From Raillietiella orientalis (taxonomy: Eukaryota), in NCBI GenBank assembly GCA_036172245.1, contig JAYWIR010000003.1, positions 5,828,001 to 5,892,000 of the forward strand: 64,000 nucleotides of DNA, written 5' to 3'. Position 1 is the stretch's first letter; each line of letters begins with the position of its first letter. Position numbers and translations under genes: made by a program. Under the pieces are notes generated by a model. It saw only the letters and a list, made by a program, of their open reading frames with translations, was not told the origin of the DNA and did no database searches. Shown here piece by piece: positions 1 through 12,634 of the stretch.

Positions 1-2299
1 CGGTCCCCCGCGCTGTGGGTGCGACCGAGCGAGTGCCCGGCGGCGACCGCGTGCGCCGCCGCAGCGCGGATGTGGCCCGATGGGGCCTGAAGAACGGCCG
101 CAGGAGCTGCCGAAGGGAGCCCTCCGGGGGCAAGAGGGCTGCCGGTGCGTCTCGCCTCCTCCGTGCTCTGCAGATGAAGGGGCAAGCCAGAAGCCTTTGG
201 GGTTTTTTCCTCCTATCCAGCGGTGGGCCGGCGCTGGCTACACGGGAAATCGCGTCCCGGAGTGCTGTCATTGGAGGGGCCGCTTTTCCTGGCCGGCTAA
301 CAGCGGGAACTCGACCACAGGAAAACTCCATGGGGACACGTGCCGGAAGCAATTTAGCTCTTTCAGCGAGGCGCCTGTGCGGAAGCCTCGCATCCAAGAA
401 ATGGAGCACCAGTTCGCAGAGAGGGATTCTCCTTGTCATCCCCGGAGGTCGGTAGCCGAATTCGGTGGGAAGCGCCTGTACGGCTCACCAGCGCATGAGG
501 ACACCTCCAGGAAGACCTGCATGGTGTGTGGGACTTGGTGAGAAGTCCACGAGTCAGGATGAAATTGAAGTAAAGGTGGGCGCCGTGCTCCAGTCCATGG
601 TCCCGAGATCAGAATCCGCTCTCGGAGGGTCACCCGTTGTCAGGAGCAGCCGCGCAAGGGGGCGACGCATAGCACAGGAGGTAAGAAAAACGGTCAAGAC
701 ACGTCGACGGAGGCTCCAAAAGTCAGGAGTCTTAGAGCTTCCGGTTCCCTAGTCTTGAAAGTCAGGCTGGGAGAGGGGAGTACAGACTGGACCTCCAGCT
801 GGGAGTGAGCAACTAGCTTTGATGTGGAAGACAGGTGCAGGTAGGACGTGACTTTTGGACTCCTTGTCCGACTTGGAGATTCACGCGGAAGAGTTGGATT
901 GCGAGCCGCCGTCGGCACAGATTTTTGTGGTGGCAGCAGACACTTCAGGTGGTCCCGGAGGTCTGATGTGGAGTGCTCCAGGTGAGCCCTTGACTTGGTT
1001 CAGCATGATTCATTCGGTCCTGAGTCCTCGGAGAAAGAAATCACTAACGGTGTCTCCTCATACGGTAAGGGTTGCAGGTGCGGACAGAGTCAGCTCATTG
1101 TTATTGCGGCTCCTCAAAGCCATGAGTGCCGGTGGTCACTTTGCCGCGAGCCACAGGAGTTCCAACGCAACTTCTGGTGCTTCTGGAGTTGGTGCTCTCC
1201 TGAAACTGTGGCGAGAGCAACACTGAGGTGAATCCATGGCGATTCGGATCATCTTCGTGCACCTCCTCATTTGTAGGAGCTGCACGCACGGCTGCCAATA
1301 CACAGTTGGCAGTTTCTTGGAAATATCTGTGTCTTGAGGTGCAAGCAGAGGCTGGATATGGTGCCAGTCCTCGTCGCTGCCAAACGTCCAGCAGAACATT
1401 CTGATATTCCTCCTCGAAGGGGGAGATTCCAGGGAAGAATTCTGTGAAGCCTTCAAGGAGCTGAAAGCAACATCTCAGCATACAGTTCTTCGTTACTCTT
1501 CCGCATGTTGCCTCAGATGTCCTCTAAGATGTTCCAGTGTCCCCTTCTGGATCGCTTACTGCATCATTCCATCGCTCGGGGGCCGTCTCAACACGCCGCC
1601 TCAGAGAGATCCGCGCCAGAATAAAAGCATCTCGGAACCGCAGGGATTTCAGAACGTTTTCGTGAACGTTCTCACGCCGCGAAGGACGCGCCAGCACGGA
1701 GTCGGGAGAGAATCCGAGACTACAGGAGGCGTGTGTTTTGCAAGGATGCCTTCGTCGAGTGGGAAGGCCAAGAGCGCTGACGGATTCTTAGAAACGGAGG
1801 AAAGGTTCAAAGAAAAAGCACGCAAGAACTCGCATATGAACATCCAAGTGGGGGGGGGGGGGATCGAGAATCTAGGAAGCTCAACTCGGATCGACCTTGA
1901 CGGATGCAAAGAGGCGGGATAAAGGGAACACAGAGGAAGGATGAATTCACCTCATAAATTCCCCATTAGAAATTTAGTGATGCAGCAGCCCTAATGCTCG
2001 CGATCTGACAGAAGCCACGTGGCCATAGGTCCCTGTGAGGTCCAAGGGAGGCATCAGCTAACTTTGATGGAATCTGCTGAAGAGCGAAAGCCGGGTAACA
2101 GATTTTGAGTTTGCTCTTCTCTGGAGCACGGAGATGCTCCTGGTACTTTCTGAAATGAGAATGCAGAACTCGGTTGCAGACCCTTTGTGCGCTCTTCGTG
2201 GACTTTAGCTGGAACCGGAAAAAGGTTTCCTCATAGAAAAAGTTGGAGTGTGGCACCGTCTTGGTCAGCATCCGAAACAGGGCTTTGCTCTTCTGCCGA

Positions 2300-2350
2300 C
2301 CTGAATCTTTGCAAGTGTGGTCTTCGAGGCCGCAGTAAGAGCAGGAAAAA
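2300..2350 (-). other. Degenerate CCHC zinc-knuckle (gag/ORF1-like) relic
   Basis: CSYCGLEDHTCKDS fits Cx2Cx4Hx4C with the last Cys lost. Confidence 0.4.
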
Positions 2351-5300
2351 TCGTTGGACTCCCCAAGCACGGGATGCAAGATCCTCCCTCCGATAAGAGA
2401 ACGCTTTGCTCTTCGTCGGCGCGAAGAGGCAGGTGCAAGCCGCGACGAATCCCGCGAGCGTTTGTCCGCCTTCCTCCCCCCTCCCCCTTCCGATCCAGCT
2501 GAGCGTGGATGCTCCGAGCGGGACGCAGCAGGAGCCGACTTTGATTTCCGGGATACGCGCCGTTCGCCAGCAGGCGAAGCGAAAGCGCCCTCGCCTCCCG
2601 CAGCCTTGGCGGGCCCGTCTCGCGAAAGTGAAACCGGGCAGTGGCGACTCGCGGAGTCGTGCCGCCGCGACGCAGGGGTACGGCGGTGTGCGATATGCGC
2701 ACGCCGTCGTGTCAGAACGGAGACGTCGGTTGCGCTTTACACATGAGCTATCATTAAAACCGACCGCCGACGTAAATCCGGAGCAGCAGACGCCGAACCC
2801 ATGAGGAGAGGAAGCGGTGTCAAAATCTCTTGTAGCATTTGCGAAATGATTGCCCAACTGCTTCCTGGGAACGCGAGAAGAAGGGGGAAAAAAAGCAAAT
2901 AGAAAAAGAAAAAAAAAAAAAAAAAAAAGGAAAACGAGGAATTGTGAAATTTTTGCACGCCTCGTTCCGGAATTCCGCTATGGACGAGCCCCTCTGGGAA
3001 CACTCCGCTGCTTCCTGCTGCCACGTTCTGCCGCGAGTGATTTCGTGGTAGGAGCACCTTCGAGACGCAGGAACGATTTTAGATGGGCGGCGCGCGCACC
3101 GCCTCCCTTCCCAGTAGACTTCGTGGGGCCCTGAGACGTCGACTCGGGGTTGTTTGGAGCTCAGCGTCCCGGCTCGTGCGTTCAGTCGCACGCGGATCCG
3201 GAAGAAAAAGATGCAGGCCGCCGGCAGTGGTCTCCGTCATCTCAGCCCTCGGAGGTGAAGATTTGGGAGGATGCCCGCTCCTGAAATGGCAGACGCTGGG
3301 AGAAGAAGTTCCCTAGTTCGATCGGCAGCCAAACAAAGGAAAAAAGGGATCCTGCGCTCTTGGGGGAACAATGCGAGCGACCGCTGAAGGGAGGTTCCCT
3401 TCCAAGAAACGAAGCACGCCCGAGGTGGTGAAGGGGATGCGGGTATTGCTGGGACTTTGTCAGAGGATTCCGTGTTGGAGGAACGGGAACGGGAGGCTGG
3501 ACAAATACACGTGGCTGCATTGTCGGCATTGCCACGTTTCCAGAGCGAGTCTTTGCTCTCAGCATGACAAGCTGGAAAGGCTCTCAACCCGAACATGGAA
3601 GAGCAATCGCGATCGTGGAACTTCCTAGGAGGACCTCTTTCCGAGCATGGAATCCGAAGCAACTCGATCGGTCACCGAGGGAACAGGCGCTTCCGCCACC
3701 AAGAGTTCAATAGAGAGCGTTCAATAGCGGAGACAAGAAGATTTCGTGGGGAGGTGCGAAAACATCTCTCTGGTGCTGGAAGCGTCTTTGTTTGCGTTTC
3801 GAGGACGTCGATCCTGCATCCAAAGACGTACGGTCACGAAGGCGTTTGGATTCCTACTCCCCAGCATCTGTGAATCGATGACGGTGTTTCATGCTTGCAA
3901 AAGCTGGTCTTGAAGATGTACAGACGCCTTGGCTGCAGCATCTTCGCGCGGAGTGCTCCAGGGTGCTCTTCGAGTTTGGGGAGAATTCCCGGAACATTCG
4001 GAGAAGCCTCAAAAACACATTCATCTGACTGCCTCGCTGATCCTTTTTTTTTTTTTCCCCCCTCCCTCCTTTCTGGTTCCTCTGGATATTCTCTCCCGGT
4101 TCCTTTGCGCTGCGTCCGAAGTTGCGGGCTAAACAGAGCAGGCAAAGCGGTCAGCTGCAGAGGCCAGGCTGGAATCGCTTATTCATTAGCTGCAACGCCA
4201 GAACCGGGCAGCTTCCGCATCCGAAGAATTCAGCAGCCGTGCCCACTCAGACCGACTTTTAATTGCAAAGTCAGCAAGACGTGAACAGAAGAACGATGCT
4301 CGAGAAGGAAGTGATTTGTCCGCAAGGAGACACCGCTGACAGAATCAAATGGGAAATTTTAATGAATGAGCTTTTCTTGAACGGGACTCGAGGATCCGAG
4401 GGCTTAAAGCGGCGAGATGAGATCTTGCTTGATGCGGGAGCCGATCTGCGCTTGCGATGCTGAGGCAAAAAAAAATGAAATCCGCAACGAGGAGAAAGCG
4501 CGCTGGATCTCTCTCCTCCGGGTACGCTCTCCTAGAAACGGATTCCGATCTTCAAGAAAACATGGAGCAGTGGAGAGTAGCATCCTGCGGAAGGAAGCAT
4601 CTTCGACCCACTGCTTGCTTCATGCAGGAGGCGAAAAATAGGTTTTGCCCGCTTTCACAAGAGGTTTCCTTTTCCCCTCCGCTTGGCTTCGGTTCCCAAG
4701 GTACGCTGTTGCACCAGGAGGGCGTAATTGTGCTGCTGCGTCTGCATGGGAAGGGGGCCACAGCGGAGTCCTCCTTTTCTTGTTGTGTGCGCGCACACGC
4801 CTTTCGGTTAGCCCCCATTCCTTTCGTATGTGCGAGGATGAATGCCACGTGTTGGGTCTGCAAGAGTTTCGGTTGATCGCACGCGCGCCGCGTACGGTGA
4901 ACGACAGAGACAACTTTCTCCAAGCATCATGCTCGTATAGATGGTCCACCAATGCATCTGTTTGCGTTCTCTGGCGTCCCTCAAGCAGCCGACGGAATTT
5001 TTCCGAACCGCATTAGTGTGTCCTCTCCCCCCTCCCTCCCCCTACACGCGCACACTTCTTGTTTTGCTCTCGGAGATTTCGAAATGAAGCGATTGACTTT
5101 GACTTTACGATACATTTGGACAACAAAACTTTAATCTTCCATTCAAATTGGAGGCCACGTTAAACACTGCAGCTGGAGGTTGTGTAAGCCGATTTCGTTC
5201 CTGGGACAAACGTCCTCGAAACATTTACAGGATTGCGGGAAGTGCTCGTGATGTTCTTTACCTTCAACAAACAAGCATGGAAGCATTTCCTCGAACTGGA

Positions 5301-6455
5301 AAGAGCGTTTCCAGGAGCGAAGGAAATCTCTTCTCTGCCGTCCTTGCAGCTAGCGGACGTTTTCAACACCAAATCGAAAATCGATTACTCTCCCCTCCCC
5401 CTCCTTCCTTCCCCGATGTTCAAGGAAAGACTCGGTGCCTTCCCTCCGTGCCCTGGAGAACTTGCAACCCACTCCACAAGGAAGTCCAGGTTCCTCCGCA
5501 GCCCTCAGCGGCGAGCCACCCGAACATCTGCATTTTGGCAGGAGTGCCGTCACATGCCCCGGAGATATCAAGCAGAAGGGAGGTGAACTTTCCTTCACGA
5601 GTCAGTGTCACTCGCACAAAGTCCTCAGGTTTCTTCTTTCACTCTACCAGCTGTCCTTATGCTAGGAATGACTTTTTTTTTTTTTTTTTTTTTTGGGAAG
5701 GGGGGGGGGGGTCTTCTTTCACCAAGCTTCTGCTATCGAGTCGGATTGGGTGCTTCTTGTAGATTCCAATGGTGGTGCAGCAGGAAGGCCATTGCTTGGC
5801 TGTGGTCTCTGCGAAGTCTGACAGCAGAGCCAACCCGTCAGCGATGGAGACGTGCCGGAAGCAGGGTTCCCATGGGTCTGCGGGTGCAGCAGTCTCCCAG
5901 GCGGTGTCCGCAACAGGTACTTCTGCCAGCTCACAGGCGGAAATGATGATGCAAAGCGTTCTCCTCTTGAGGCTCAGCTCCCAACCACATCATCTGAACC
6001 AGTCCTGAGCGAAGTCGGGACCGACCGCATTTGTAGAACCTCATCGACAGGCACGTCGTGCTCGCAGATCGCCTTCCTTTGGTTCCCAGAGCATGACTTT
6101 TTCCGAACCTCATCCTGGAGACCTCCAATGGAGCAAGCACATCTCCTACATCAAAGTGATCCTCGGATCCCTACGATTCCAGGAGGGGAAGATACTGGAA
6201 TTTGGGATTCGAACGGAAAATGAGATAAAGAAACCGCTGGGCTCCAGCCAGGTCGAAAATTCTTTCAGATGAGAACTCCGAGCTGCAAAGGACAGCCACT
6301 GCGTCTCACGAACGGCTACTTCTAGAGCAGGGAAGCTGTGCTTCGGTTTCCTGAATCCTGTATTCCACTAGTTCTCATGCTGGACCGTCACGAGATTCCG
6401 GATACACAGAGATCGTTGCTCTCCTCGTTCCCAGGGCACGGAGAAATCACAGGAT

Positions 6456-6845
6456 GCAGCCACACGCCCGAGTTGGCGGAGGTGTGGCCACGGTCTCCGC
6501 GCGTGGCGGTGCCAAGCGTTACGGGTTCGAATCCCACCCGGGGAAGGATCGACGTTGAGAATAGGGGGCGCATCTTGGATTTCGAGTCCTCCCCGCAGGA
6601 TGACTCTGGCTGGCCTTTACGCCCTGGGTGCGGCACAGGTGGAAGCCGTAAACAGGATGATCCCGTTGACTGGCAGAGATCGGAAGTTGACTCTCGGGGT
6701 CCTTTCAGGAAAAAAACAAAGAGCACCGGTTCCCTTCGGAGTGAGCACGGAACAGTTCGGTCGCCACAATGGAGGTGGTCGATACCCTCTCGGGTGTTTC
6801 CTCTCCAGGGTGACAGAAGCGCTCTGCTCCCTTCAGGGAAATTAC
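6456..6845 (+). mobile_element. Internally deleted copy of the composite element
   Basis: Head gcagccacacgc..tggcggaggtgtgg..gggttcgaatcccac..ggatttcgagtcc..gcaggatgactctg aligns to 36411-36590 and then jumps to sequence aligning with ~37216-37452. Confidence 0.72.
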
Positions 6846-9800
6846 AAGATGCTGGGCCAGACCTCTCGACATGATTTCTCGAGCCTGAAAGAAGCCGCAA
6901 AGATTCACGACAGAGCTGGTTGAGGGGGGGGGGGGGAGATCAGAAATCTGAGGAATCACAAAAGACTTTCGAAAATTAAGATGATGCGTGAGAAGAGAAG
7001 CTGTGCAGAACCGAACACTTTCTGGACAATTCCTCGGAGAAAAAATGGGAACTTTCGACGGAAGGATGCCTCGGGAATCGGAATGGGGCTTGTTAATGAC
7101 AAGGTGGATCTCAATCATCACACGTGCAGAACCTGGACCGAAGCAAACGAGAAAACTTTATCGATTTATTTGCGGCCTTGATTCCTTCCCACGAGTCGAT
7201 GCTCAAAGGCGACTTGCGAGGCAAAAGGATCTAGAAAATTCGACGGCTGCTTCTGGACGAATGTTCCCGAACAGATAGTATCAAGGTGCCGAAGACAGAG
7301 ACCCGATGGTCTCTTAAGGCAACTGCAGGCCACGAGTGTGCATCCCTTTGGTGTTCTTCCTCTCCTGGAGACGAAGCCATCCCTCGAAGGCAAAGGCGAA
7401 AGTCCACGAAGCAGAAAGTTGAGGCTGCCGGTGAGTCGTTCCCATCTCCCTTTGCGTTCCTTCCTCCGGAGCTCCGGAACATTCTTATTCTCTGAAGCTG
7501 AACATCTGGGAATCCACATATGCAGACGCAGACAGCGGGTTGTCGACTTTCTTTGGCTTTTTCTTTCAGAGTTCGATTTCCCATCTCATCGGCAGTGCTT
7601 GTGGTTCCAAGTGCCTCACGTCCTCTGCCCAAAGAAACGCATGCCTTTGGAGAGCACCTACAGACCAATTTTCCGACCTCAAGAATGATGACCTGATTCG
7701 CTCTCGTCGACTGCTTCCAAGGGAACCACTGAGAGAGCCTCCAATGCGTTTCTGCTTCGCACGTTCAGGGGTTCTTTTGTCATCAGTCCTTTCCCGGATG
7801 CACGAATTCGCGCCTGCAGCTCCTGATCTCTTCCTTTTCAGACGCTCTCCTTAGTCGTTGTCGGGTCTTAGAATCAACCCTTCCCAACAACGAATCTTCA
7901 GCAGTGCAAAAGCTAGATTGCCCCAGGGAATCTCTCCTTACGGACTCTCCAAACAGGGGGAACATTTCGGATGCACTTCCGTCAGAGAAAGAGGAATCGC
8001 CAGCACACTCACACCGTTTCCATCGGCTGTTAGAGTGTGCTCACGAAGAAGTGGGTTGCTTTCAATACCCTCAGCCTGGCTAACGAGGAATCCCTGAAGT
8101 CCCTGCGAAAAAGGGATGCACATCCTTTGGGTTTTTGAGGATCGTGATGTTGCGATGCCAAAGAGAAAGATGCCAGCACTGCGTCTCTTGCGTGAAGATG
8201 GAATGAGCACATGAATCACCTGCAATCCCAAGGGCTGCAGGTCAGGAAGTGGGAATCGCTTCCGGAAAAGGAAAGAGGTAGAAAGAGTAGGGTGAATAAT
8301 TGATGGAATGGACAGCACGGAGCACGTGCATACAGCTTCCCGGAAAGAGGAGAAGCGGGCTCACTGTCCTTGGTAATGCTTCCCGCGATTCATTCAATCT
8401 CTTCTGATCCTCTCCAAGTAGGACAACTCGCTTCTTCCTGCCCTTCTCAGAGATCTCCGATCTCCCTCCCTTCGTGGAAATGTGCCACTTCAAATACCCC
8501 GAAAATCCACGGCGAAAGTCTGCGTTCGGCACCCTCGCCCACGTACTCCAACTTGATCCTCTCTTTCACGCAGGATGGAATTCCTGCATGCATCTTCGGC
8601 TTCGTGAAAGACAGGAATTGCACGAATAGGGCACATGGGAAACTGTGGCGTGGGAGTCATCGAATTCCTGATTCACTCCGAAATACGAGGAGACGTCCAT
8701 CCTTCTGAGGAGGGATTAGGGATCTCATGCGCCTATGTGGCTGGCAGATCACTCAACTCTTCAAAAGTGTGTGCCACAGTGCCTCATGTGAGGGAGGACT
8801 GCACGTTGGTCGGATGGTGACCTCTTCGGCCGCCGCGCGCAACTTATCTTGTCAAGACGGAATGTCCCTCAATTTTTACGAGTCGCGCGTGCCCGTTTTC
8901 GGTCCCCGAGCACGAAGTGGGGGCAGTGCCCACGATTCTCGTTCAGTCCCGCATGATGTGGTCCAGTTCATGTCTTCAGGAGTTCAAGTTTGGGAAAGTT
9001 CGAAAGAATCTCAATGGAAAGTGAAAGTGTGCTAATCGCCCTCTAGGCGAGTTTCAAAATTTCCAAGATGATTTCATGGAAGGGAAATCGTCATTTTTAA
9101 TGACACGAAGCTCCACTTGACATCTGTTGAGTGGGTTCTCTACTTTAGAGACACGTGGCTCCATAGATTCAGGTGCAACACCTTCGGAAAAAGATGCGCA
9201 CGGACCACTACTTCTGTTCGCAGAGGATACGCTCCTGCATTCTCAAACTGGATTCATTAATTGACATCTTGGAAACACGGAGGTGACTATTAAAAGTGTA
9301 TACCACCTACGTACAGCTGCCTGTAGCTGCGGCTGAAGACCCAATTCTGGAATGATGCGAGCCGTCAGATGCATCCCCCTCTGCGAATGGATGGATGCTG
9401 AACTCGGCATTATAGGTCCAGAAAGGATGGATAGATTATCTAATTGATCACGATGCTGTCTTTTTGTGACAGCTCTTAAGACCGAGACAAGAAGACAAGA
9501 GCTGCTCTGTCAAATTGAGCTCCACCATAGGAGAGATCAGTGCTGAAATAATTGAGAGGTTCATTTGCTGGAAGGCTACGGGCTTCAAAGTGTGGGATTT
9601 GAGAACAAAAGCGGAGACGTCGAGGGAGATCAAAGTTGACATCAAAGGACGTCGCTATAAGCAAGCAGACTTACTGAGTCTCCAAGACGTACGTGCCCAA
9701 ACAACCAGAGGAATGTTTCGAATATAGGAGAGCTATTGAGGAACTTGCAAGGGACCAATTCTTTCGCAACGAGATGTTGCTGTCTGTCAATCAGAGTTGT

Positions 9801-11481
9801 TTCTTAGGCTTCGCAACTCCTTCCGTACGCTCAGATTCGGCTGTTCACAGTGAACTAATGAATAGCCCTCGATGCTTTCAGGTCAAATAAAATATCGGAC
9901 TGCTTCCGGCTTCCAGTCGGGCTTTCTTACTCGCCCTCTAGCTTCTTCAACTGCCAGAGTAGAACCTTTAATTCCCTTTCAAGAGGATGCGAAAAGAGCA
10001 CCGAGCGAATTCCAGAGTCTCTTGGTGTCACACAGCTCGTTTTCATAAACACCACTAATATGTAGAACGTGACAGTAATAGAATGGGGAGCAAATACGAG
10101 TTTCTGCATCCTTCTCTTAGATATTGCTGTCTCCATGCTGTGTTGAGTTTGTTCCTGAAATCATGAGCACTGTTTCGACGCTGCAGTCACTTCATAAACC
10201 TCTGAGAATCCCTGTCTCATTATCTCTCTCAGCTCAGCCGAATTCCTTTCTTTCTTGAGATACAAAATGAATGCCATACCAGAGAATCAGTATCCAAAAC
10301 CAAATGCATCTATCAAGATTGCAGCCTTGGCAAATCCCTCAGCGTTTCGTGAGCAACATTTTCTTCGTGCAGTCCTTCGTCCTCATCCAAAGTGACAAAC
10401 GACAGGGGTGTTAATTCAAGCAGGCTGCCTTGTCCATCACGATGACTACGTTCAACTCATTTTGCCCGTGGTCTCCCTGTCTCTTGGGATCGTGGTACAT
10501 CGAGATGAAATGGGTTCTTGAAGGCTTAGCCCAAGATGCAGTCTTCGTTGCCAGCTTTCTAGAGATGAGAGAGGAATTGAGTGTTGCGACAATCTTAACA
10601 ATACCTACTTAATGGATTTCCTTCTTCTCTTTTTCACGGGATGACCAACTTGAATCAGTGAGCGCAACAACTGAATTTCTCCCCGCTTTTTCCGACTAGA
10701 GCCGGCTAGTCCATGGAGGTTTTTTTTCTTTTCTTTCTTGATCCTTTCGGATTCAGCCCTTCTGAATTCATCTCTATTGAAGGTGTCCAGAGTCAAGACT
10801 CAGCATTCATTAAGAGAAAAATGGCGAGATGGAAGGTGACCTCTTCAGTGACGAGTTCTTTTCAAAAAAGGGATTCAAGGAATCTCTCTTCGCAATAATG
10901 AGCATGTACTGATCTCATGGAATCCACTGGTTGAGCAAATCATCTTGAGCACTCCGTTCGAACACTGTGTTCGTGCACCCATCTTAGCGCGGATGAGCCA
11001 CGGATACCGTCAGTAACGTCTGAGTTGACTGAGAATAAAACAACGACGTCCAAAGACGACAGGGGAACAACACAGAGACTTTGAAAGGTACCTCCTGTAT
11101 TTTTCGTGATGAGTCTTCATCTTCTTGATGAGCAGATGCGAGCAGCCATTTTAAGTTGAAAGCTATGAAGATTGACGCAGACTTCATTGAAGATGGATGT
11201 CTTCATGGGGAGAATTCCTAAAAAAATGAGGATCCTTCACGATTCCTAAACCTGACAACTTCAACATCCATAGAGGAGCTGATGAAACTCCAATCTTATG
11301 CCAGGCGACTATCTTCTGAGGGTTCACCCGAATGAAGACATTCTGAATATCTAACCGAGCACCATAGGTTGAGTACCGCGGAGCACCAGTGCTCTGTGCT
11401 GCAAATGCAATCTTCTCCACACGTAACCTACTCTTATGCGCGTTGCATCTCACCTGGATATGGGTATGGACAGTAGTAGCA

Positions 11482-12634
11482 TCCATGCTGGCGGAGTGTG
11501 TCTGAAGTCTCCGTGCGCGGTGACAAGCGTCGTGGGTTTCGAATCCCCCACGCATGATGACGCTGGCTGGCCTACGGGCCTTGAGTGAGGCACTGGTTGA
11601 CACCCGGTCACGACGGGGCGTTTATTGATAAAACCTACATGTCTGGGGCAGGTCGTTTGATCCTACCACGTTATTTATGGATACGAGAAGGAACCTGCCG
11701 GGATCTGGCACGCAGGCCAGCGGGGTTCGCCTCCGTAGCACAGGAGAAGGGGGAAGAAACAAAAAGAAAAAAACAAAACAAAAAATACAGTCAAAAAATT
11801 GGAGGGAGGGGACTCGGGAAGGGATCACTGTGTTCTGGAGGGTGTCCTCTGCATCCTTGTAGGGATGCCGGCAAGTTCCTGTTTTATGGTTCCTAGATGG
11901 GGCCATCTTGGTGCTGTCCTCATGAAGAGGACAGCAAAATAGATGACGTCCCTGTCGTCATGGCCTTCTTTGGCGTTGTTATTCCATGCAGCCACGATCT
12001 TGCCCGTGGGCAGCAAAGTGCTGCTGGGGATGCAGCCGGCGTGAGGGCGTCGCATAGGAAGAGGCTCTTTCAAACGTCTCTGGCGTTGCCGCTGGGGTCT
12101 CTAAGGGTCGCGAGAAAGAGTCCGGAGGCCGGAAGGCAACAAAGTTCACTAGGAGGTATGGGAGGGATTCCCGCTCCCCGTACTTTGCATAATTTGGGTT
12201 CACACGCATCCCGTGTCCACAGATGCCGATGGACGTTGCACGGGAGGCCCCAGTGCAGCAGCATCAGTGCCGACTCCTGCCACTTTAAGGGGAGGGTGTG
12301 GCACTGGTGGAAGCCGGAAATCCCCAGATGCTTCCGTTGACTGGCCGGGATTGTGGATGAACGCCCCGGGGTCCTTCCAGGACACCAAGGAGTCTTTCGG
12401 GGTTCTGCTAGCAAGCATAAAAGGAGACTTGCTTCAGAGACTTCCTGGATTCATAGAGTGGTCCCCTCCCTGCTTACTCCGTATAACTTGAAGAGTGACA
12501 CGCACCCTCGGGTGGCGTGGACCGTGTTGAAGAGCTTCGAGAATCCCCCCCATCCCGCCTTCCTTCTAAGGAGGACAACGGTTCTTCAGTGCTTGACGAA
12601 GCTGAAAAAAGAAAACCCGAAAGAAAAAGAAAAG
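11482..12634 (+). mobile_element. Diverged copy of the composite element with a monomeric tRNA-like head
   Basis: A-box TGGCGGAGTGTG 11489-11500, B-box-like ggtttcgaatcc ~11535-11546. The minus strand encodes TLPLKWQESALMLLHWGLPCNVHRHLWTR and IKQELAGIPTRMQRT. Ends aagctgaaaaaagaaaa. Confidence 0.8.

Noticed and set aside
2889..2928. Homopolymer A/T/G runs (also ~5672-5711)
   Set aside because: Ordinary low-complexity or retro-tail remnants with no assignable element.
6466..6546. Functional tRNA gene
   Set aside because: A/B boxes and a T-arm are present, but there is no clean anticodon arm and it is embedded in a repeat; treated as a tRNA-derived head.
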